From Candidatus Eiseniibacteriota bacterium (GTDB lineage Bacteria > Eisenbacteria > RBG-16-71-46 > CAZAMP01): a stretch of DNA of 64,000 nt. Each line of letters opens with the position of its first letter. Positions within the stretch are counted from its first letter, which is position 1. The stretch is from positions 3,168,001-3,232,000 of the forward strand of contig OZ245046.1 of assembly GCA_965224245.1 (NCBI GenBank). Direction: 5' to 3'. Position numbers and translations under genes: made by a program. Below, one piece after another: positions 7,612 through 17,467 of the stretch. The notes under the pieces were generated by a model. It ran no database searches. It saw only the letters and a list, made by a program, of their open reading frames with translations, and was not told where the DNA came from.

Positions 7612-10600
7612 TTGCTCAACGCCGTCATCACGTGGTCCTTGAGCCACCGGCTCCTCGTCGTCGCGTTCACGCTCATCCTGATCGCGACCGGGCTCGGTAC
7701 CCTGCTGCGCCTTCCGATCGATGCCTTTCCGGACACCACGCCCGTCCAGGTGCAGATCAACACCACGGCGCCCGCGCTCTCCCCCGTCGAGATCGAGCAG
7801 CAGATCACGTTTCCCGTCGAGCAATCCATCGCGGGTCTTCCCGACCTGGACGAGGTTCGCTCGATCTCCAAGTTCGGCCTCTCACAGGTCACCGTCACCT
7901 TCGAGGACGGAACGGACATCTACTTCGCCCGGCAGCTGGTCATGGAGCGGCTCCAGACCGTGGAGCTACCCGAGGGGATCGACCCGCCGAGCATGGGCCC
8001 CGTGGCCACCGGTCTCGGGGAGATCTACCACTACCTCGTGACGAGTCCGAGCCACTCACTGGCGGAGCTGACCACCCTCCACGACTGGGTGATCAAACCG
8101 CGCCTGCGCTCGGTGCCCGGCGTCGCGGAGGTGAATACCTGGGGTGGCGAACGCAAGCAGTACCACGTACTGGCCGACCCCGCGCGGCTGGTGAAGTACG
8201 ACCTCACGATGGACGACGTCTTCCGGGCGCTCGAGACGAACAACCTCAACGTGGGCGGTGGGTACATCGTGCAGGCAGGTGAGCTACACCTGGTCCAGGG
8301 GATCAGCCTCACCACCAACCTCGAGGAGATCCGGAACGTGGTCATCGCCGCCCACGACGGCGTTCCGATCCGGGTCCAGGACGTCGGTCAGGTTCGGGAG
8401 GGGCATGAGATCCGGCGCGGCGCCGCCACCGCCAACGGGACCGGAGAGGTGGTGCTGGGACTCGGCTTCATGCTGATGGGCGAGAACAGTCACGAGGTCA
8501 CCGAGCTCCTCGACGAACGGATGGCCGAGATCCGCGAGGCCCTGCCCGACGGCGTCGAGGTGACGCCGGTCTACGAGCGGACCGAGCTCGTGGACCACGT
8601 GCTCGACACCGTGCGCGAGAATCTCTTCGAGGGGGCTCTGCTCGTCGTCGGCGTGCTGTTCGCGTTCCTGGGCAACCTGCGCGCGGGATTGATCGTCGCG
8701 TCCGCGATTCCGCTCTCGATGCTCTTCGCGGCTCAGGGGATGATGTGGTTCGGGATCGCGGGAAGTCTCATGAGCCTCGGCGCCATCGACTTCGGTTTGA
8801 TCGTGGACAGCTCGGTGATCATGGTCGAGAACAGCGTCCGTCGGCTCGCCACCTCCGACCGCGCGACGCCGGTGCTCGACACCGTCCGTGACGCCGCGAT
8901 CGAGGTGCGAAAGCCGACGATGTACGGCGAGCTCATCATCGCGATCGTGTTCCTTCCCGTCCTCACGCTCGAGGGGATCGAGGGTAAGCTGTTCCGTCCG
9001 ATGGCCCTCACGCTGCTCTTTGCGCTGGGCGGGTCCCTCGTTCTCTCGCTGACGCTCATGCCCGTCCTCGCGAGCCTGTTCCTGAAGCGGCGAGAGCAGG
9101 AGAGAGAGAACCGCGTCGTCCGTGTCGCGAAGCGTGCCTACGCCCCGGTCGTCGCACTGGCGCTCCGACGGCCGCGCTCGGTCCTGGCCGGCGCCGCGGT
9201 GCTGCTCGTCGCCGGCGCATGCATGATCCCGTTCATCGGATCGGAGTTCATTCCGCGCCTCTCCGAGGGTGGGATCGTCATCAACACGGTGCGGCTCTCC
9301 GGCGTGTCCCTGGAGGAATCGGTTCGTTACGGAACCCAGATCGAGAAGGCGATTCTCGAGCGCTATCCACACGAGGTCGAGGACGTCTGGGTGCGAACGG
9401 GGACGGCCGAGGTCGCGACGGACCCGATGGGGATCGAGCTCTCAGACGTCTTCGTCACACTCCACCCCCGCGGCGACTGGACGCGCGCCAGCACCCAGGA
9501 TGAGCTGGTGGCACTGATGAGTGACGAGCTCTCCGGGCTCCCCGGCATGCGGCTCATCTTCACCCAGCCGATCGAGATGCGGGTCAACGAGATGATCGCC
9601 GGGATCCGGACAGATCTCGGGATCAAGATCTTCGGCGACGACCTGAACGCACTGCGCGGTATCGCCGCGCAGGTCGGCGAGATCATCGGCACCGTCCCCG
9701 GAAACGCGGACGCCTACGTCGAGCAGATCACCGGGCAGCCCGTTCTTCAGGTGCGCGTGAACCAGGCAGCCATTGCGCGACACGGCGTCTCCGCACAGCA
9801 CGTCCTCGAGCTCGTCGAGGCGATCGGGGGTGTGACGGTGGGCGAGATCCGCGAGGGGCAGCGCCGCTTCGACCTCGTGGTGCGGCTCCCCGAGCAGTAC
9901 CGGAGCGACCCCGCCGCGGTCGCGCGGATCCTCGTTCCCACGGCGACCGGCGGACGCGTACCGCTGCACCGTCTGGCGGACATCGTCCACGCCGAGGGAC
10001 CGTCGACGATCACGCGTGAGTGGCAACGGCGACGCATCGTGGTCCAGTGCAACGTGAGAGGTCGCGACGTCGGGAGCTTCGTCGAGGAGGCCCGCCAGCG
10101 GATCGCCGAGGAGGTCGAGCTTCCGCGGGGCTACTTCGTGAGCTTCGCCGGCCAGTTCGAGCACATGGAGCGAGCCCGGCAGCGTCTCATGATCGTGGTG
10201 CCGGTCGCGCTCCTTCTCGTCTTCTTCCTGCTCTACTCCAGCACGGGGACCCTCCGGGACGCGCTGATCATCTTCACCGGAGCCCCGTTTGCCGCTCTTG
10301 GGGGCATGGTGACGCTGTGGGCGCGCGGCATGCCGTTCACGGTCTCGGCGGGCGTCGGCTTCGTGGCCGTGTCGGGCGTGGCCATGCTGGCCGGACTGGT
10401 TCTCGTCTCCACGATCACGCGTCACCTACGACGTGGAGTCGCGCTGACCGAGGCGATCGAGGAGAGCGCGCTGACCCGCCTCCGCCCGATCCTGATGACG
10501 ACCCTGGTCGCCGCGCTGGGCTTCGTGCCGATGGCCGTCAACACGGGCGTCGGCGCCGAGGTTCAGCGACCGCTCGCAACGGTGGTGATCGGTGGAGTCA

Positions 10601-10683
10601 TCACGGCCAACGCGTTGACGCTGGTGTTGCTGCCGGCCATCTACCGCTTGTTCGGCCGGGTGCCGCGCCCGATCGCTGCGTAG
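7612..10683 (+). CDS. czcA: CusA/CzcA family heavy-metal efflux RND permease
   Basis: LPIDAFPDTTPVQVQINT, SLGAIDFGLIVD, RLRPILMT, GAEVQRPLATVVIGG; 1023 aa; TTG start with GGAGG RBS. Confidence 0.93.
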   Translation: MLNAVITWSLSHRLLVVAFTLILIATGLGTLLRLPIDAFPDTTPVQVQINTTAPALSPVEIEQQITFPVEQSIAGLPDLDEVRSISKFGLSQVTVTFEDGTDIYFARQLVMERLQTVELPEGIDPPSMGPVATGLGEIYHYLVTSPSHSLAELTTLHDWVIKPRLRSVPGVAEVNTWGGERKQYHVLADPARLVKYDLTMDDVFRALETNNLNVGGGYIVQAGELHLVQGISLTTNLEEIRNVVIAAHDGVPIRVQDVGQVREGHEIRRGAATANGTGEVVLGLGFMLMGENSHEVTELLDERMAEIREALPDGVEVTPVYERTELVDHVLDTVRENLFEGALLVVGVLFAFLGNLRAGLIVASAIPLSMLFAAQGMMWFGIAGSLMSLGAIDFGLIVDSSVIMVENSVRRLATSDRATPVLDTVRDAAIEVRKPTMYGELIIAIVFLPVLTLEGIEGKLFRPMALTLLFALGGSLVLSLTLMPVLASLFLKRREQERENRVVRVAKRAYAPVVALALRRPRSVLAGAAVLLVAGACMIPFIGSEFIPRLSEGGIVINTVRLSGVSLEESVRYGTQIEKAILERYPHEVEDVWVRTGTAEVATDPMGIELSDVFVTLHPRGDWTRASTQDELVALMSDELSGLPGMRLIFTQPIEMRVNEMIAGIRTDLGIKIFGDDLNALRGIAAQVGEIIGTVPGNADAYVEQITGQPVLQVRVNQAAIARHGVSAQHVLELVEAIGGVTVGEIREGQRRFDLVVRLPEQYRSDPAAVARILVPTATGGRVPLHRLADIVHAEGPSTITREWQRRRIVVQCNVRGRDVGSFVEEARQRIAEEVELPRGYFVSFAGQFEHMERARQRLMIVVPVALLLVFFLLYSSTGTLRDALIIFTGAPFAALGGMVTLWARGMPFTVSAGVGFVAVSGVAMLAGLVLVSTITRHLRRGVALTEAIEESALTRLRPILMTTLVAALGFVPMAVNTGVGAEVQRPLATVVIGGVITANALTLVLLPAIYRLFGRVPRPIAA

Positions 10684-10732
10684 CGGGATCCCTCGCGTAC
10701 ACGCATCACTCGGCTGGCTGCGTTCGTCGACG

Positions 10733-13318
10733 TCAGTCGAGCACGATCTCCCGTGCCGGCTCGCGCAGGTTGTAGCGTGAGCTCATCACCGCGCCGTACG
10801 CGCCGGCGTTCTCGACGAGGAGCACGTCGCCGGGGCGAGTCTCCGGCAGCAGCCGATCGCGTCCGAGCACGTCACCGGTCTCGCAGATCGGGCCGACCAC
10901 GTGCGCATGGCCCCCCGGCGGCTCGTCGAGCCGGGTGAGGTTGTGTATCCCGTGCCAGGCTCCGTAGAGCGCCGGGCGGAGGAGCGAGTTCATGCCGGTC
11001 GCGACCCCGATGAACGTGGCGTTGCGCTTGCGTCGAACCTGCGTGACCGGTGCCAGAAGAACGCCCGCCTCGCTGACCAGGTAGCGCCCCGGCTCCAGAC
11101 GGAGCGACACCGATCCGATCTCGCGCCGCAACTCGCGCCGCACCTCCGCGAGGAGATGCTCCAGCTCCGGAAGCGCGAGCGACGGCTGCCCTGCGCGTTC
11201 GGGGACGCCGAGCCCACCGCCCGCGTTGATCCACCGGACGTCCGGGAACCGATCCAGGAACGCGGCGAGGCGGCGGCACGTCGTCGCCCACGCCGACGGG
11301 TCGAGGACGCCGCTCCCGACGTGTGCGTGGAGCCCCACGATGCGCGCCCCGGCGCGCGCGGCCGCCTCGGCGAGCGCGTCGACCTCCTCGATCGGATGTC
11401 CGAACTTGGAGCGGGCCCCCGCGGTACGGACCTTCTCGTGGTGACCGAGCCCCTTCCCGGGATCCAGGCGGACGCCGATCTCACGCCCGGCGAAGAGATC
11501 GCCCTGCCCCGAGAGGATCTCCGGGCCGTCGATCACCACCTCGACGCCGGCGTCGAACGCGGCGCGGACCTCGTCGACCGGACAGAAGTTGGGCGTGAAC
11601 GTGATCGGCGTGTCCGAGCCCACCACGTCGATCGCGCGCCGGACCTCGGCCGCCGAGACGCACTCGATCCCGAGCCCCGCCTCGGCGACCGCGGCGATCA
11701 CCGCGGGGTGCGCGTTCGCCTTCATCGAGTAGTAGGCCCGCTCGACCGACTCGAGTGTCCGGACGAGACTCTCCGCACGCGCGCGGACGGTCGGGAGGTC
11801 GTAGACGTAACGCGCCGCGCCGTCGGTCGCGAGTTCGAGGAGCGCGTCGCGCCGGCTCGCCCACCAGGGGCGTGACGGCGGTGGGGGCACGGTCCTCGCG
11901 CGGAGCTGCTCCCAGCTCGGGCCATGCCGGAGCCCGGTTCCGGTGGACGTGAAGAGGCAGTCGTGAAGCCGCGCGACCAGCGGTCGGGCATCCTCCTCGT
12001 CCACGACGAAGGAGAGATTCAGATCCGCCGACGAGTCGCTCAGCATGTGGACGCGCCGCTCCTGAAACACCTCGAGCGCCGGACCGATCTCGTGGAGCGC
12101 GGTCCGGATGCGGCGTCCGACGATCGAGACGACCGCGCACGGGTGGATCACCTTCACCTCGCCGATCTCCTGGAGCTCGGCCACGAGGGCGGCGAACGCG
12201 CTTCCGTGAACGCCACCAGGGATGCGGTCCAGCGTCACGCTGACGGCGGCCTGCGAGGTCGCGACCAGATCGATCGAGATGCCGAGCGCCTCGAACGGCG
12301 CGAACGCGCGGGCGAGAAACCCCGAGGCGCCCCACATCCGGATCGTCGATAGCGTGAGCATCGTGACGCCGAGCCGGCACGTCACGGCCATGACGGCGGG
12401 CTGATCGTCTGCGCCCCGATCGATCAGCGTCCCGTCCCCGTCGGGATCCTCGGCGCTGTGGATGCTGAGCGGGATCCCCGCACGCGCGACTGGCTCGATC
12501 GAGCGGGGATGGATGACCTTGGCGCCCATCGCGGCGATCTCCCGCGCCTCGCGGTATCCGATGCGCCGGACGAGTCGGGCGGACGGAACGAGCCGCGGGT
12601 CGGCGGTGAAGAGTCCGGGAACGTCCGTGTGGATCTCGAGCGACGACGCGTCCACGAGCGCGGCGAAGAGCGCAGCCGAGGTGTCGCTTCCGCCGCGGCC
12701 CAGGAGGCACGTGTCGCCCTGGGGCGTGCGCGCGATGAACCCCTGGGTGAGGACGACCTCGGCGTCGCCGGCCGCACGGTCCGCCGCCTCGACGTCCTGG
12801 CGAATCGGCACGGTCGCGCTCAGGAAGGAATCGTGCTCCTGGCGACGAGGCTCGGACTCGGCCTCGAGCAGCGTTCTCGCATCCAGCCAGCGGGTCGGGA
12901 TGCCCATCGCGTCGAGGGCCGCGGCGCCGAGGGTCGAGGAGGCCAGCTCTCCGATGGCCAGGATGCGCGCCCGGAGGCGGGGTGACGCCTCGCGCGTCGT
13001 GCGGATCCCGCCGAGGAGCGTGTCGAGCTCGTCGAACGACGCCTCCACGGAGGATCGCGGCGGGCTCTCGAGCGCGAGCGCGTCGGCCAGCGCCCGATGC
13101 GTCGCGCGGATCGACTCGGGGAGACTCGACGCCTCGCCGTCGGTCGCCTCGGCGATCGTATCCTCGAGCCGATCCGAGACGCCGGCGAGGGCGGAGACGA
13201 CGATCCAGACCCGATGGGTGGGCAGGTGGAGGCGAACCCGCGCGGCGATGTCGTGCCACCGGGAGGCGGTGGAGACCGAGGTGCCCCCGAACTTGAGCAC
13301 GATCCAGCGTCGATGCAT
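10733..13318 (-). CDS. lysAC: Bifunctional aspartate kinase / diaminopimelate decarboxylase
   Basis: N-terminal VLKFGGTSV, LGRGGSDTSA and ACT domains; C-terminal YSMKAN (PLP Lys), HAHVGSG, EPGRYLV, VGPICETGD, GAYG. Confidence 0.93.
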   Translation of the reverse strand: MHRRWIVLKFGGTSVSTASRWHDIAARVRLHLPTHRVWIVVSALAGVSDRLEDTIAEATDGEASSLPESIRATHRALADALALESPPRSSVEASFDELDTLLGGIRTTREASPRLRARILAIGELASSTLGAAALDAMGIPTRWLDARTLLEAESEPRRQEHDSFLSATVPIRQDVEAADRAAGDAEVVLTQGFIARTPQGDTCLLGRGGSDTSAALFAALVDASSLEIHTDVPGLFTADPRLVPSARLVRRIGYREAREIAAMGAKVIHPRSIEPVARAGIPLSIHSAEDPDGDGTLIDRGADDQPAVMAVTCRLGVTMLTLSTIRMWGASGFLARAFAPFEALGISIDLVATSQAAVSVTLDRIPGGVHGSAFAALVAELQEIGEVKVIHPCAVVSIVGRRIRTALHEIGPALEVFQERRVHMLSDSSADLNLSFVVDEEDARPLVARLHDCLFTSTGTGLRHGPSWEQLRARTVPPPPSRPWWASRRDALLELATDGAARYVYDLPTVRARAESLVRTLESVERAYYSMKANAHPAVIAAVAEAGLGIECVSAAEVRRAIDVVGSDTPITFTPNFCPVDEVRAAFDAGVEVVIDGPEILSGQGDLFAGREIGVRLDPGKGLGHHEKVRTAGARSKFGHPIEEVDALAEAAARAGARIVGLHAHVGSGVLDPSAWATTCRRLAAFLDRFPDVRWINAGGGLGVPERAGQPSLALPELEHLLAEVRRELRREIGSVSLRLEPGRYLVSEAGVLLAPVTQVRRKRNATFIGVATGMNSLLRPALYGAWHGIHNLTRLDEPPGGHAHVVGPICETGDVLGRDRLLPETRPGDVLLVENAGAYGAVMSSRYNLREPAREIVLD

Positions 13319-14031
13319 CGTCGTTCTCTCACGTGCTGTGATGAGCGACCGGGATCGGCATGCCGAGCCTGGTCCGGGCCGGCAACATCCGCCGCTTCAT
13401 TCGATGCTGGCAGGATACCCGGCATCTCCGGTGCGGCAAGAGAGGAGTGGCATTGCCCGTCGGGGGACGAGCACGGTCCACTCTGCGCCCGTAGCAGAGA
13501 GCTCTCGAAGCAGCGGTACCCCGAGCGCCGGCGCTCGACCTCACGCCGAACAGCGATGCGCCGTCGTGGGCGACCTCGCTCCGACGGCCCGCGACCTCGA
13601 TCGGATCGTCACTCACGCGCCACGACAGGCGGACCCGTGCCTGACGAGCCTCTTCCGCTCGCACGCCGGTCGTAACTGGACGGGGTGACGCCGAGCATTC
13701 TGGAAGGTCTTGGCTCTGGAAAGACGACGGACGGCTCAGGCACACGGCGAAGTCGAGTCAGCGCCAGAGAGCCTCTCTGCCACTGCGACTGACCCGACGT
13801 TGGGTCCGCTTTCCACGCAGCCCGCCTTCGTCTCCCCATCACGCTCGCATCGCCGTCAGCGCGCCCGCGTCTCTGCGGCTTGCCCCGCTCGAGTCCGGCC
13901 CCGTCCAGGACGCATCTCCTCCCCGTTCTCGACGACGCTGACGGAAGTCTCGGACATGGCGTCCGATCAGCCGCCCGCGTTGGACCCGCTCCGGTCGCGC
14001 TCCGGGGATTCACCTTCTCGCGGCGTGCTCC

Positions 14032-14090
14032 TTGCCTTCCCAGTCCACAGAGCAAATAATGGAACTAAGCAACAGTTGCGATCGTCAACT
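14032..14090 (+). promoter_or_regulatory. Putative sigma70 promoter and MarR operator
   Basis: TTGCCT-17bp-AATAAT (14032-14060), followed by inverted repeat AGTTG-cgatcgt-CAACT (14074-14090) just before the marR RBS. Confidence 0.5.
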
Positions 14091-14111
14091 ATCTGAAAAG
14101 AGGGACTCGAC

Positions 14112-14582
14112 ATGAGGACTTCGGACATCCGGCTCTTCCGTCGGCTGCTCAGGACACTGTATCGGGCGACGGGCACGGTCGTGGGGGATTACACGTGCTG
14201 CGGGGTGACCCTCGCCCAGTGTCACGTCCTGCTGGACCTGGAGGAGGCCGGCACGACGGCGCCCGGCACCCTTGCGGCCCGCCTCGGACTGGACAAGAGC
14301 ACGGTGAGTCGGACCGTTGACGGCCTGGTGGGTATGGGGCTGGTCTCGCGCGATACCGATCCACACGACCGCCGGTATGCCCAGATCGCACTCACTCGGG
14401 CGGGCCGTCGCAAAGCCACTCGAATCCACCGGTCGAACGATGACGCGGTGAGAGCCATCTTCGATCTCATCGATCCGGATCGGCATCCGGACATCCTGGA
14501 GTCGGTTCGCACACTCGTGGATGCCATGGTCGAAGCTCGACGGCAGCAGGCAGAGCGGAAAGCGACCCCGGGCAGGAGGTAG
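14112..14582 (+). CDS. MarR family transcriptional regulator with CCG...QCH motif
   Basis: TCCGVTLAQCHVLL, LAARLGLDKSTVSRTVDGLV, DPHDRRY..IALT..G winged-helix pattern. Confidence 0.92.
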   Translation: MRTSDIRLFRRLLRTLYRATGTVVGDYTCCGVTLAQCHVLLDLEEAGTTAPGTLAARLGLDKSTVSRTVDGLVGMGLVSRDTDPHDRRYAQIALTRAGRRKATRIHRSNDDAVRAIFDLIDPDRHPDILESVRTLVDAMVEARRQQAERKATPGRR

Positions 14583-14608
14583 GAGAAACCGAAGAGAGAG
14601 GTTCGCTC

Positions 14609-17119
14609 ATGAGGACGTACATCTCGCCTCGCCGTCTCGGGGTCGTGCTCGTACAGGTGGCCATCTCGGTCAACAGCGTAGGAGCGGCCCCCGTAGGTAC
14701 AAGCGGCTGCACGCCACAACCCGATGGCTGCGGCAGTCCGTCCGCGCAGCTCGCCCAGGGTGACCACCGTATCGTGGATCCCTCGGGCAGAGCCGAGATT
14801 CCCTTCCAGATGTCAGGTCATCATGTTCTCGTCCCGGTCAGCGTGAACGATGGTGAGCCCTTCCTCGTCGTGCTCGACACGGGCATGCCCATCCGGGGCT
14901 TGATCCTCACTCCCGGCCCGCGAACCGACGCGCTTGAGCTCGAGAATCCGCACGGACTCCGCGTGGCCGGTGAAGGCAGCGATAGTCGCGACTCCCGGGT
15001 AGGGACCGGTGTCACCCTCACCTTGCCGGGCGTCCAGATCTCCGACCAGCTCGTGGCCGTCACGTCTCTTCCGGCCTGCGGCGGGAATGACGGACAGGAT
15101 CACCCGAACGACCCCCGCGTCGAGGGTGTGATCGGGCTGTCCATCTTCGAGCGATTCGTGGTGAGGATCGATCATGATCGGTCGCTCGTGACGCTCGTCG
15201 AGCCCGATCAGTTCCGTCACGACGGACGGGGACACGAGATCCCGATCACACTCGGGCCGACGAACATCCCCGAGATCAACTGTGAGGTGGAGATCGATCC
15301 GGGCGAAAGGGTACCGGTGACGATCGCCGTCGATACGGGTGCTGCCCTTGCTCTGTCGCTGACCCTGGGTACTCACGAGGATCTCCGGCTGCCCGCCGGT
15401 AGTCACGACTCCGTCACAGCCTACAGCGCGTGGGGCGAGGTGGAAGGTCGACTCGGAACGATTGCGGCCTTGCGGCTGGGGAAGCTCACCCTTCCCGACA
15501 TCCCGGTTGCGTTCTACCGAAAGGGCGACCCGGGAATCCCGCCCTGCGGCGAGCATGGCATCCTGGGGAACGCGACGCTCAGGCGATTCAACACGACCTT
15601 CGACTACGTCCGAAAACGACTCATCCTCGAGCCGAAGCAGCGGTCACACGAGCCCGTCACTGTCCCGGTGGGCAACCTTCGATCCTCGACGACCGACACG
15701 GCGGTCCCGGATTCGACGGACGAGCTTTCCGACTCCCAAGAGCTGGTCGAAGAAGTCGCTGCATTCGTTCAGCGCCAAGCCGACGAGGGGAAGTTCTCGG
15801 GCGCCGTCCTCGTCGCGAAGCAGGGAGTCCCGGTGTTCGAGGCCGCGCATGGCTTTGCAAGCCTGGATTACGAGGTCCCGAACCGGATCGACACCAAGTT
15901 CAACCTCGGCTCGATGAACAAGATGTTCACGAGTGTTGCCATCGCGCAGCTGGCCGAGCTCGGAAGGCTCTCCTTTGATGACCGGATCGTCGACCATCTC
16001 CCCGACTACCCGAACGTCGAGGTCGCCAGACAGGTCACGATCCACCACCTGCTCTCCCACACCTCGGGCCTGGGGAACTACTGGAGCGAGGAGTACGAGA
16101 GGACGTCGAAGGACCGCTTTCGCTCCGTCGAGGACTACCTTCCGCTCTTCGTCGATCAGCCTCTCCTCTTCGAGCCGGGTGCACGCTGGTCCTACAGCAA
16201 CGCGGGCTTCATCGTCCTCGGTCTCATCATCGAGCGCGTGTCCGGACAGAGCTACTTCGACTACGTCCGGGAGAACATCTACGAGCCTGCCGGCATGACG
16301 AACACCGACGCCTACGAGGTCGACCATGTCATCCGCAACGTGGCGGTCGGATACACCCGATCGGGTGAAAGGGAGGGGGAACTGAAGAACAACCTCTTCA
16401 TGCACGTCGTGAAGGGAGGGCCCGCCGGCGGCGGGTACTCCACGGTCGAGGATCTCCTGAGCTTCAGCAACGCCCTTCTGGACCATCGACTCGTGAGTCA
16501 GGAGATGACCGATCGGATCTTCGCGGGGCGTAGCGACACGACCCGGGTCGGTCCCGGCTACGGATACGGCTTCAGCCGTCTCCTCGAGAACGGTCATCTG
16601 ATCGTCGGGCATTCCGGTGGCTTCCCTGGCATCAACGCCCATCTCGACATGTACGTCGACCTGGATTACACCGTGGTCGTCATGTCGAACCTCGACAGGG
16701 GGGCAACCGAGGTCGAGGAGTTCATCCTGGTCCAGTTGATTGGGAAAACGCAGTGGATCAAAGATCGCGAGCTGACCGAAACGATCCTGGAACGGATCGC
16801 CGAGCGCGGGTACCACGCCGGTATCCAGCTCTACGAGGAAAGAAAGGGTGTCGGTACGGTCTCGGAGAGGAGAGTCAACCAGTTCGGATACAGTCTCCTT
16901 ACAGCCAACCGAATCCCGGATGCGATCGGAGTGTTCCGCTTCAACGTCCATCTGCACCCGGAGTCGTCGAATGCCTACGACAGCCTGGGTGAAGCCTACA
17001 TGATGGCGAACGAGATCGAGCTCGCAGTCCGTAACTACGAGAGGTCTGTCGCGCTCGACCCCGGAAACACGAACGGGTGGAACATGCTCGAGAAGCTGCG
17101 CGGTGAGTCGAGCCCATGA
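14609..17119 (+). CDS. Exported fusion: tandem retropepsin-like aspartic peptidase domains + beta-lactamase-fold serine hydrolase + TPR
   Basis: VLDTG and AVDTG with GVIG/GILG motifs; FNLGSMNK (SxxK), LLSHTSGL, YSN, GHSGG; C-terminal NAYDSLGEAY TPR. Confidence 0.85.
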   Translation: MRTYISPRRLGVVLVQVAISVNSVGAAPVGTSGCTPQPDGCGSPSAQLAQGDHRIVDPSGRAEIPFQMSGHHVLVPVSVNDGEPFLVVLDTGMPIRGLILTPGPRTDALELENPHGLRVAGEGSDSRDSRVGTGVTLTLPGVQISDQLVAVTSLPACGGNDGQDHPNDPRVEGVIGLSIFERFVVRIDHDRSLVTLVEPDQFRHDGRGHEIPITLGPTNIPEINCEVEIDPGERVPVTIAVDTGAALALSLTLGTHEDLRLPAGSHDSVTAYSAWGEVEGRLGTIAALRLGKLTLPDIPVAFYRKGDPGIPPCGEHGILGNATLRRFNTTFDYVRKRLILEPKQRSHEPVTVPVGNLRSSTTDTAVPDSTDELSDSQELVEEVAAFVQRQADEGKFSGAVLVAKQGVPVFEAAHGFASLDYEVPNRIDTKFNLGSMNKMFTSVAIAQLAELGRLSFDDRIVDHLPDYPNVEVARQVTIHHLLSHTSGLGNYWSEEYERTSKDRFRSVEDYLPLFVDQPLLFEPGARWSYSNAGFIVLGLIIERVSGQSYFDYVRENIYEPAGMTNTDAYEVDHVIRNVAVGYTRSGEREGELKNNLFMHVVKGGPAGGGYSTVEDLLSFSNALLDHRLVSQEMTDRIFAGRSDTTRVGPGYGYGFSRLLENGHLIVGHSGGFPGINAHLDMYVDLDYTVVVMSNLDRGATEVEEFILVQLIGKTQWIKDRELTETILERIAERGYHAGIQLYEERKGVGTVSERRVNQFGYSLLTANRIPDAIGVFRFNVHLHPESSNAYDSLGEAYMMANEIELAVRNYERSVALDPGNTNGWNMLEKLRGESSP

Positions 17120-17467
17120 CCGGTACCTGCGTCTACATTCGCGCCCGCATCTGGCGGGTGGCGAGCGTGTCGAAGCCGCTCAGCTCCGATGACGCAGCGG
17201 CTTCTCGATGCGCTGCAGGCGCATCGACACCTCCGGAGCGAGACGGTGCTCTACCGCGAGGACCGAGCGTCGCTCTCGATGAAGATCATCCAGGTCTACG
17301 TCGAGAGCGCCGCTCGACGCGTAAACCTGCGTCACAGGGGCGTGCACTGTCAAGCGACACCCAGTGTTACGCACTTAGGCGACACCGAGTCTTACGCACC
17401 TGAGTTCGGGATAAGTGGTTCTCCTTTCATCGTCTTACAGGCCCTCGGGAGTCAGCAAGCGACACCG

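Noticed and set aside
13319-13700. Lysine riboswitch upstream of lysAC
   Set aside because: The long leader is suggestive, but I could not find the conserved L-box elements by eye; an Rfam/Infernal scan is needed.
13600-14030. Distal att site of the older island
   Set aside because: Composition appears to shift here, but no copy of the tmRNA 3' end was found, so the boundary is unsupported.
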